Source: Thecamonas trahens ATCC 50062 (taxonomy: Eukaryota > Protista > Apusomonadida). Taken from it: a stretch of DNA of 64,000 nucleotides. Below are positions 11,044 through 20,800 of the stretch, in pieces (the first letter of the stretch is position 1; every line of letters begins with the position of its first letter). A program made the translations under genes and the position numbers. The notes beneath the pieces are model-generated. The model was not told where the DNA came from, made no database searches, and saw only the letters and a program-made list of their open reading frames with translations. Where the stretch lies: contig NW_013657615.1 of NCBI RefSeq assembly GCF_000142905.1, forward strand, positions 62,001 through 126,000, written 5' to 3'.

Positions 11044-11479
11044 TCAGTGTGTGTCAGGTGGAAGGCAGGGAGAAGTGGTTGCTGGCGAGGGCGAGGGCGA
11101 GGAGGGGGGTCGCCGGGTGGCGATCATTACGAATCGGATCGGATTCGGATGAGAGGATGTAAGGATTGAGATGGCTAGATGAGATGGCTATATACGGATT
11201 GGGTTTGGGGCGGGGCGGGGGCGGGGTGGGGGGGGGGGGGGCGGGGGAGTGATGCGCGATGGGAAGCGGCGGCGCTGTTGTTATGGGCCCATTGTCGCGC
11301 GACGTTGTTGCCACAGAGGAGAAGCAAAGTGAGGCGAGAGGTCGGGTGGATAGGCCAACATGAGCAGCCGTGACTCACGCTCCTGCAATCTCGCACATGG
11401 TGGGTGGTCGTCCGACTCGGGCCACGGGACCGCGAGTAGGCAGAAAGACAGGCAGGACGGCGAAGAGAGTGGACCACAG

Positions 11480-11872
11480 CTACAAGACGCCGATGCGGGC
11501 AAGGATGACTTCCAGGCGATCGATGGTCGAGACTGAAGCCGATGCCACAATCTGGACGCCATCCCAGCCGGGTACGATGACGGGCGGATCAGGAGCAGCA
11601 TCATGCGGATAGTCAGCCTTGCCAACAACCACAAAGGCCGGCAGCGAGACTACGCCCAGCTGATCAAGCACCGCTTGGTCCGTCTCATCGATATCCATCT
11701 CGTAATAGTGAGAAAATGGCGAACCACGGACAGAGAGCTCGCGGAAGGCTGGGACGAGCGTCGCCGCCAGCGGAGTCCCGTCCTGGAAGATGTGCACAAC
11801 AGCCAAGCCCGAGGCAGACAGCCCATCGACAATGTTCTCCAGCTCGCTTCCTCCAATGCTTCGCGTCGTCAT
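11480..11872 (-). CDS. Thioredoxin-fold protein lacking CxxC
   Basis: VVHIFQDGTPLAATLVPAFRELS..YYEMDIDE..LGVVSLPAFVVV follows the Trx pattern including the cis-Pro motif; the ORF has no Cys; first ATG at 11872. Confidence 0.65.
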   Translation of the reverse strand: MTTRSIGGSELENIVDGLSASGLAVVHIFQDGTPLAATLVPAFRELSVRGSPFSHYYEMDIDETDQAVLDQLGVVSLPAFVVVGKADYPHDAAPDPPVIVPGWDGVQIVASASVSTIDRLEVILARIGVL

Positions 11873-12343
11873 CACCGTTCTTTCCTCTCCGCGTCACGTA
11901 TTGCCAAATACCACCTTCTTGCCTCCTTGCTTGCTCTCGACCCCGTCGCCCCGTCGCCCCGTCATCGCCTGCAGGTCGCCCAGTCGCCCAGCTCGAGACG
12001 ACAGGACGATCATCGGGCCGATCAGGGGGGGGGGGGGGGGCTGGGGGGGGGGAGCTTTGGGGGGGGGGGAGGTAGCAGTCACACAACATGATCAGCCTCG
12101 CAGGGTTGAAAATGGTAGCGGTAGCTAGTGCTTGGCCATGATCTTGTCGCTTTCAGGCCTGTCGCCAGCATGCCGTCTGGCCTGGACGATCTGCCACAGC
12201 TATCGCTCTCTCCTCCGCCCGCCCACTACGTCACCACAGGCGACACCACCTAACCCCCCCCCCCCCCCCCCCACCCCCCCCCCTCCTCTCTTCCCTAACC
12301 ACAGCCTGCTGCGCAAGAAGAAAGAGTTTGTGGTTGGCTTGGT

Positions 12344-14815
12344 ATGGAGAGGTTCGCTAATAACTCGCTGGGACCCATTGCGTCTGCAGAGACACGGAGA
12401 GCGCTCGGAGCTCTGGCCGAGGAGCGACCGGAGCGACTGTCACTGGCGGGGAATGGCTTGGTGGCGGTGCCGGCGTCGGTACTCTCGCTGACATCGTTGA
12501 CGTGTTTGGATTTGTCTCGGAACGCTCTGCCTTGTTTGCCATCATCGTTGACTCGTTTGGATCGCTTGATCGTTCTCCGGGCTCATCACAACGCACTTCG
12601 GGCTCTCCCGCCACATCTCCGTCACCTGGCCTGCTTGGAAGAGCTGGATGTGGCCCACAATGCTCTGACTCTGGTGCCGGATGCGCTGACTGAGCTGCGG
12701 GCGCTGAGAGTGCTGAATGTGGCACACAACGCCATCGATCGCCTGCCCAAGGCGCTGTTCGAACTGCCGCAGCTGGACGTGCTGGACGCCCGCGGCAACC
12801 CTGTGGCCGCGACCATGCCGCTCCTGCGCGAGTCTACCAGTGCAGACGAGGAGAGCAACGACGGCGATGAGACAGAGCTGCTCAGCGACGGATCGTCGTC
12901 GGACTGGTGGGCTGGCGATGACCGCGGCGCGAGCGAACTGCGCAGCGAAGTGACTGCTCTCAAGTCGGAGCTCTCGCTCTGCAAGCACAACGAGTCCGAG
13001 CTGAGGCGGCAGGTCGCGCACCAGGACCGGTCGCTCACCGAGTTGCGAGCGCAGGTGGTGGTGGCACAACAGCAGGCAGCAGCGGCCGACATCCAGGCCC
13101 GCAAGCACCGCCAGGTCTGTCCGCTCCACAACGCAGCGGCTACAGCTGAGGCCGATGCGGTCCGGGCGCGAGCCGAGGCACTCGACGAGCGGGCGGCCAA
13201 GCTTACTGACGCGCTCCGCCGCGAGCGGGCGGCGGCGGTCGGTCGAAACGAAGAGCTCAGCAGTCTGCGCGCCCAGCTTCGGACGATGCAGGCTGACAAT
13301 GCGCGGCTTGCTGCCGAGGCTCGCAGTGCGTCGCTGGCCCGACTTCGGGCGGCGTCGACGGTGACCCCGATGACGACACCAAGCGCAGCGCCCATGAGGG
13401 CCGACGCAGCAACAGCGGCGCAACTCAAGGCTGCACTGGACGAGCTTGAGGTACTGCGGATGCAGACGCAGACCGCCAACCTGCGGCACGCGACGGAGCT
13501 TTCCGAGGCCCAGCACCGAGTGCGTGTGGCCGAGACTCGCGAGCACGTGTCCAAGGACGTGGTTGGTGGCGCAGCAGCCGAGCTGCGTGCGCAGCTAGTG
13601 GTTGTCAACGAGGAGCACGCCAAGGATCGGGTGCGCTGGGCGCGCGAGCGCGAGCAGCTGGAGGATGCGCTGACTGGAGCGCGGGCGCTGCTGACGGAGC
13701 GTGTCGAGGACCAGGTCCGTGTCATGAGGGTGGTGGCACGGGCAAGACACACGCCTGCCGCTGCTGACGTTGGCGCCCCAGAGCTTTGTGCTGCGCTCGA
13801 CGCGCTGTCGACGCGACTCGCACCGTTGCGGGAGGTGGCCAACTCTCATGCTGTGCCGATGCTGGACGGGAGCGGGTCGCTGGCTTCGGCGGTGGCGTTT
13901 GTGGGCGCGCTGGCCGACGAGATGGGTCCGCTGGCTGCAGAGGCACGGCGCAAGGCAGCCGCCCGAGCACAGAGAAAGAGCGGTGCCAGCGAGCAGGCAG
14001 TGTGGGAGCGAGAGCGGGAAGAGCTCCTGGCGCTTGTCGAGTCGCAAACTGTCCAGATGCGGCAGCTGGCCGACGCGCTCGCTACGGCCGACGCCGACCG
14101 GAGTGTTGATGCTCAGGCACTGGAGCATTTGCGGACCCTGGTGGCGGCCGCCAGTGGGAGGCCAGCCCACGCGTTGACACCCAACGAGCTCATGATGCAG
14201 GCGGACGAGATCGCGTTATCGAGCCAGATGGTTCCGCCGGAGGTGCATGAAGCTGTGACCACACTAGCTGCGGCCGCGGCCGGTGACGATGACGATGGTA
14301 GCGTTGTCTCTGCCAATTCTACTCTCTCGCGCGTTTCAAGAAGTCCCGACGAGGTCGCGCGCAAGGAGCGGCAGCAGCAGATGCGACTCCAGGTCCAGCC
14401 TGCTGGAAGCGGCACGAGCAAAGTCGAAGTAGTGCCTGTGCTGGTCGCTGCTGGAACGAGTGGTGCCACGCCGCACGAGACGGCGGCGCGAGCGGAGAGC
14501 ACACTCGCTGACGTGCAGGAGCTCCGGTCGCGGATTGTGACGCTCGAGGCGGAGCTGGAAGCAGCGAGAGACCAGCAGAGCAAAACCGACACTGAGTTGG
14601 CGGCGCAGCTGCAGGCCGCTCGCGAGGCGGGGGCGGTGGTCGAGGTCGAGCTTGCACAGGCAAAGCATGCACTGAGTGTGCTTGTCGGGCGTGGCGAGAC
14701 CGAGACTGTAACCGAGTCGGAAGCGCTTAGCCTCATGTCAGGCGAGTCGGTTCTTTCCGAGACGGCGGACGACGCGGCGCGAAAATCGAAAAGAGGCGGC
14801 GGCGACTGCGGATGA
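12344..14815 (+). CDS. N-terminal part of giant LRR + coiled-coil protein (5-6 LRRs then coiled coil)
   Basis: LxxLxLxxNxL repeats (LSLAGNGL, LDLSRNAL, LRAHHNAL, LDVAHNAL, LNVAHNAI, LDARGNP) followed by an Ala/Glu/Arg helical region. Probably continuous with 14812..23421 via a -1 shift at ~14783. Confidence 0.8.
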   Translation: MERFANNSLGPIASAETRRALGALAEERPERLSLAGNGLVAVPASVLSLTSLTCLDLSRNALPCLPSSLTRLDRLIVLRAHHNALRALPPHLRHLACLEELDVAHNALTLVPDALTELRALRVLNVAHNAIDRLPKALFELPQLDVLDARGNPVAATMPLLRESTSADEESNDGDETELLSDGSSSDWWAGDDRGASELRSEVTALKSELSLCKHNESELRRQVAHQDRSLTELRAQVVVAQQQAAAADIQARKHRQVCPLHNAAATAEADAVRARAEALDERAAKLTDALRRERAAAVGRNEELSSLRAQLRTMQADNARLAAEARSASLARLRAASTVTPMTTPSAAPMRADAATAAQLKAALDELEVLRMQTQTANLRHATELSEAQHRVRVAETREHVSKDVVGGAAAELRAQLVVVNEEHAKDRVRWAREREQLEDALTGARALLTERVEDQVRVMRVVARARHTPAAADVGAPELCAALDALSTRLAPLREVANSHAVPMLDGSGSLASAVAFVGALADEMGPLAAEARRKAAARAQRKSGASEQAVWEREREELLALVESQTVQMRQLADALATADADRSVDAQALEHLRTLVAAASGRPAHALTPNELMMQADEIALSSQMVPPEVHEAVTTLAAAAAGDDDDGSVVSANSTLSRVSRSPDEVARKERQQQMRLQVQPAGSGTSKVEVVPVLVAAGTSGATPHETAARAESTLADVQELRSRIVTLEAELEAARDQQSKTDTELAAQLQAAREAGAVVEVELAQAKHALSVLVGRGETETVTESEALSLMSGESVLSETADDAARKSKRGGGDCG

Positions 14816-17800
14816 AGATGCTTAGGGCAGGAAAGTCCGAGGCTGACATCGAGGCTGCGCTCGCGGCACTAGCCGCAAAAGAGAGCGGACCGAGCATGGC
14901 CGAGCTCGTGGCCCAGGCGGAAGCAGCTGCTGGCCAGCGGCTCGAGCTCGAAGCGGCCGTTGAAGCGCTTCAGCTGCAAGTCGCCGAGCTCGAGGCTGAC
15001 GCTGAGGTGGCTGCAGTGGCGGAGCGGGCGCGTGCCCAACAAGCCCAATCGACAGCCGGGCTAGAAGCAGTCTTGGAAGCTGAACGCGAGCGGGTGGCAT
15101 CGCTGGAAAAGCAGTTGGCTACGGTTGCGCGGAACTCCAAGGCGGCGAACGAAAGGGTGGCCGAGCTGGAGGCTGCTGTCGCAGAACCGACCACACGGAC
15201 CGCCGAGCTTGAGACGCAGCTTGCCGCCGCGACGGCAGCGCTGGCCAAGGTCGTGGGCGTGACGCCGGCGGCGTCTGAGACGATGAGTGTGATGTCGAGC
15301 GAGTCTGCGATGTCTGCGATTTCTGTCTCGGACACTCCAGACGAGGTGGCGCGGAAGGAGAAGAAGAAGCGGCGGCGTCTGCGGATGAAGATGCTCAAGG
15401 CCGGCAAGAGCGAGGCCGAGATCGAGGCGGCGTTGTCGAGCGAGGCCACCGCGAGACCGACTGTGGTGGCAACGAGCGTGGACGACCTCGTGGCCGCGGC
15501 CGAGGCTGCTGCTGCCGAGCGCGTTGCGACGGTGCAGGCGCTGGAAGCTGAGAAGGCGCGTGTTGGCGAGCTAGAGGCAGAGGTTGCTGCCGCTACCGCT
15601 ACTGCTGAGCAGGCCGCAGCGGCAACGACATTGGCTGAGGGCCGGATTGCCGAGCTCGAGACTGAGCTTGCCGAGGCGACCTCTGCACTTGTCACAGCCC
15701 GCGAGCAGATGTCCGCCAGCGATGCTGCCGACAAGCAGCGGATGGCCGAGGCCACCAATTTTGAATCGTCACTCGAGAAGACCAAGGAGCGAGTGTCCGA
15801 GCTCGAGGCGGAGCTGGGTGCAGCACGCGAGCGAGAGGCGGAGCAGAAGCAGCAAGTGGTCGAGCTCGAGGCGCAACTGGCGACGGCGACAGCAGCGCTG
15901 ACCAAGGTCGTGGGCGTGACGCCGGCGGCATCTGAGACGATGAGTGTGATGTCGAGCGAGTCTGCAATGTCCGCAATGTCTGCGATTTCTGTCTCGGACA
16001 CTCCAGACGAGGTGGCGCGGAAGGAGAAGAAGAAGCGGCGGCGTCTGCGGATGAAGATGCTCAAGGCCGGCAAGAGTGAGGCCGAGATCGAGGCGGCGTT
16101 GGCGAGCGAGGCCGCGCCGAGTCTGGCGGTGGCTAGCGCGGATGATCTCGTGGCCGCGGCCGAGGCTGCTGCTGTCGAGCGCGTTGCGACGGTGCAGGCG
16201 CTGGAAGCTGAGAAGGCGCGTGTTGGCGAGCTAGAGGCAGAGGTTGCTGCCGCTACCGCTACTGTTGAGCAGGCCGCGGCGGCAGCGACATTGGCTGAGG
16301 GCCGGATTGCCGAGCTCGAGACTGAGCTTGCCGAGGCGACCTCTGCACTTGTCACAGCCCGCGAACAGATGTCCGCCAGCGATGCTGCCGACAAGCAGCG
16401 GATGGCCGAGGCCACCAATTTTGAATCGTCACTCGAGAAGACCAAGGAGCGAGTGTCCGAGCTCGAGGCGGAGCTGGGTGCAGCACGTGAGCGCGAGGCG
16501 GAGCAGAAGCAGCAAGTGGTCGAGCTCGAGGCACAACTGGCGACGGCGACAGCAGCGCTGACCAAGGTCGTGGGCGTGACGCCGGCGGCGTCTGAGACGA
16601 TGAGTGTGATGTCGAGCGAGTCTGCGATGTCTGCGATTTCTGTCTCGGACACTCCAGACGAGGTGGCGCGGAAGGAGAAGAAGAAGCGGCGGCGTCTGCG
16701 GATGAAGATGCTCAAGGCTGGCAAGAGCGAGGCCGAGATCGAGGCGGCGTTGGCGAGCGAGGCCACCGCGAGACCGACTGTGGTGGCAACGAGCGTGGAC
16801 GACCTCGTGGCCGCAGTCGAGGCTGCTGCTGCCGAGCGCGTTGCGACGGTGCAGGCGCTGGAAGTGGAGAAGGCGCGTGTTGGCGAGCTAGAGGCAGAGG
16901 TTGCTGCCACAACCGCTACTGCTGAGCAGGCCGCAGCGGCAGCGACATTGGCTGAGGGCCGGATCTCGGAGCTCGAGACTGAGCTTGCTGAGGCGACCTC
17001 TGCACTTGTCACAGCCCGCGAACAGATGTCCGCCAGCGATGCTGCCGACAAGCAGCGGATGGCCGAGCTGGAGGCTGAGGCTGCGGCAGCTGCAACAGCG
17101 GCTCAGGCTCACATCGTCGAGCTCGAAGCGAATCTTGCGGACGCTCACAAGGCCGGCGCGGCTTTGGAGGAGCAGATTACTGAGCTGGGGTTGGTTGTCG
17201 CAGCGAAGGCGGTGGCGGCAGAGAAGGCAACAGCTGAGGTGGAGCATCTCCAGGCCGAGGCCGCCGATCTTGAATCGTCACTCGAGAAGACCAAGAAGCA
17301 GGTGTCCGAGCTCGAGGCGGAGCTGGGTGCAGCACGCGAGCGAGAGGCGGAGCAGAAGCAGCAAGTGGTCGAGCTCGAGGCACAACTGGCGACGGCGACA
17401 GCAGCGCTGGCCAAGGTCGTGGGCGTGACGCCGGCGGCATCTGAGACGATGAGTGTGATGTCGAGCGAGTCTGCAATGTCCGCAATGTCTGCGATTTCTG
17501 TCTCGGACACTCCAGACGAGGTGGCGCGTAAGGAGAAGAAGAAGCGGCGACGTCTGCGGATGAAGATGCTCAAGGCCGGCAAGAGTGAGGCCGAGATCGA
17601 GGCGGCGTTGGCGAGCGAGGCCGCGCCGAGTCTGGCGGTGGCTAGCGCGGATGATCTCGTGGCCGCGGCCGAGGCTGCTGCTGTCGAGCGCGTTGCGACG
17701 GTGCAGGCGCTGGAAGCTGAGAAGGCGCGTGTTGGCGAGCTAGAGGCAGAGGTTGCTGCCGCTACCGCTACTGCTGAGCAGGCCGCAGCGGCAGCGACAT

Positions 17801-20800
17801 TGGCTGAGGGCCGGATTGCCGAGCTCGAGACTGAGCTTGCCGAGGCGACCTCTGCACTTGTCACAGCCCGCGAACAGATGTCCGCCAGCGATGCTGCCGA
17901 CAAGCAGCGGATGGCCGAGCTGGAGGCCGAGGCGGCGTCTTGCAAGGCGGCGCATGAGACGCAGACTGGCGATCTCGAAACCAAGGCTGCCGCTGCAGTA
18001 GCAGCGGCGACTGCAGCCAAGACCCACATGGCCGAGATCGAGGTGGAGCTCGCTGATGCACATGAGGCCACGGCAGCGTACAAGCAGCAACTTCTCGAGT
18101 TGGAGACTGCTGCTGAGCAGGCCGCAGCGGCAGCAACATTGGCTGAGGGTCGGATTGCCGAGCTCGAGACTGAGCTTGCCGAGGCGACCTCTGCGCTTGT
18201 CACAGCCCGCGAGCAGATGTCCGCCAGCGATGCTGCCGACAAGCAGCGGATGGCCGAGCTGGAGGCTGAGGCTGCGGCAGCTGCAACAGCGGCTCAGGCT
18301 CACATCGTCGAGCTCGAAGCGAATCTTGCGGACGCTCACAAGGCCGGCGCGGCTTTGGAGGAGCAGATTACTGAGCTGGGGTTGGTTGTCGCAGCGAAGA
18401 CGGTGGCGGCAGAGAAGGCAACAGCTGAGGTGGAGCATCTCCAGGCCGAGGCCGCCGATCTTGAATCGTCACTCGAGAAGACCAAGAAGCAGGTGTCCGA
18501 GATCGAGGCGGAGCTGGGTGCAGCACGCGAGCGAGAGGGGGAGCAGAAGCAGCAAGTGGTCGAGCTCGAGGCACAACTGGCGACGGCGACAGCAGCGCTG
18601 GCCAAGGTCGTGGGCGTGACGCCGGCGGCATCTGAGACGATGAGTGTGATGTCGAGCGAGTCTGCAATGTCCGCAATGTCTGCGATTTCTGTCTCGGACA
18701 CTCCAGACGAGGTGGCGCGTAAGGAGAAGAAGAAGCGGCGACGTCTGCGGATGAAGATGCTCAAGGCCGGCAAGAGCGAGGCCGAGATCGAGGCCGCTTT
18801 GTCGAGCGAGGCCACCGCGAGACCGACTGTGGTGGCAACGAGCGTGGACGACCTCGTGGCCGCAGTCGAGGCTGCTGCTGCCGAGCGCGTTGCGACGGTG
18901 CAGGCGCTGGAAGCTGAGAAGGCGCGTGTTGGCGAGCTAGAGTCAGAGGTTGCTGCCACTACCGCTACTGCTAAGCAGGCGATGGAAGTGGAGAGAGCGC
19001 GTGTTGCCGAGCTAGAGGCAGAGGTTGCTGCCACTACCGCTACTGTTGAGCAGGCCGCAGCGGCAGCGACATTGGCTGAGGGCCGGATTGCCGAGCTCGA
19101 GACTGAGCTTGCCGAGGCGACCTCTGCACTTGTCACAGCCCGCGAACAGATGTCCGCCAGCGATGCTGCTGACAAGCAGCGGATTGCCGAGCTGGAGGCC
19201 GAGGCGGCGTCTTGCAAGGCGGCGCATGAGACGCAGATTGGCGATCTCGAAACCAAGGCCGCCGCTGCTACTGCAGCGGCGACTGCAGCCAAGACCCACA
19301 TGGCCGAGATCGAGGTGGAGCTCGCTGATGCACATGAGGCCACGGCAGCGTACAAGCAGCAACTTCTCGAGATGGAGACTGCTGCTGAGCAGGCCGCAGC
19401 GGCAGCAACATTGGCTGAGGGTCGGATTGCCGAGCTCGAGACTGAGCTTGCCGAGGCGACCTCTGCACTTGTCACAGCCCGCGAGCAGATGTCTGCCAGC
19501 GATGCTGCCGACAAGCAGCGGATGGCCGAGCTGGAGGCTGAGACCGCCGATTTTGAATCGTCACTCGAGAAGTCCAAGGAGCGAGTGTCCGAGCTCGAGG
19601 CGGAGCTGGGTGCAGCACGCGAGCGAGAGGCGGAGCAGAAGCAGCAAGTGGTCGAGCTCGAGGCGCAACTGGCGACGGCGACAGCAGCGCTGACCAAGGT
19701 CGTTGGCGTGACGCCGGCGGCGTCTGAGACGATGAGTGTGATGTCGAGCGAGTCTGCGATGTCTGCGATCTCTGTCTCGGACACTCCAGACGAGGTGGCG
19801 CGTAAGGAGAAGAAGAAGCGGCGGCGTCTGCGGATGAAGATGCTCAAGGCCGGCAAGAGCGAGGCCGAGATCGACGCGGCGTTGACGACCGAGGCTGCGC
19901 CGAGTCCGGCCACAGCGAGCGTGGATGATCTTGCCGCTGCGGCTGAGGCGTTTGTCTCAACTAGGGAAGCGCTTGTCGCGCAGGTGGCGGCTGCCACTGC
20001 TCGGGCCGAGGAAGTCGAACACGCTGCGCTGGCAGCGAGTACCGTGTACGAGCAGGAGCTGCAGAAATTGCATGGGAAGCTGTCTGTCGCTGTCACAGCT
20101 CTTGGGAAGGTCGTCGGAGACGATACTGGTAACCTTGTTGGCTCGGAAAGCTGGCAACATGGCTCGAGTGAGCTCTCGTCGGTACTTGGCGACAGCGCAG
20201 ACGATATCGCGCGCAAGGAGAAGCTGCGTCTGGAACGTGATCGACGTGCATCCGAGTCTGACGTACCCGCGATGGTTGTTGAGTCTTTAGCGAGCCGGGC
20301 TGAGTCGGCCTTTGGCCACCGCGCTCGTGTTGACGATCTGGAGGCCGAGGTGGAAAGGCTTAACGAGCTCATCGCCGATGCTGATAAGCGTGCTGCGGAT
20401 TCAGCAGCTCGCGTGGCCTTGCTAGAGGACGAGTTTGCCACGGCGGTCAACACACTCGCACGACTCGCAGGCGCGGCGTCAGTTGTTGTCACTTCTAAGG
20501 CTGAGCCTCTTACCCGGACCCCCAGCGAGCTCGAGCTTGTAATGCGTGATGAGGACACCCATGCAAGCGAATCCCAGGGACTCGTCACTCTGCTTAGCGT
20601 GGATGAGCTTGCCGATCGCGCCGAGGAACACGCCGGTCGTGCGAGAACAGCAACTATCCAAGAGCTGGAGGCTCGGGCTGTGCGTGCTGACCGCATTTGC
20701 CAGGAAGCGACCGAACGTGCCGCTGGTCTTGCTGAAAAGCTATCCTCCGCAGAAGCGACAGTTGTAGAGCGTGACGCGACAATTGCCGCACTGATGCTGC

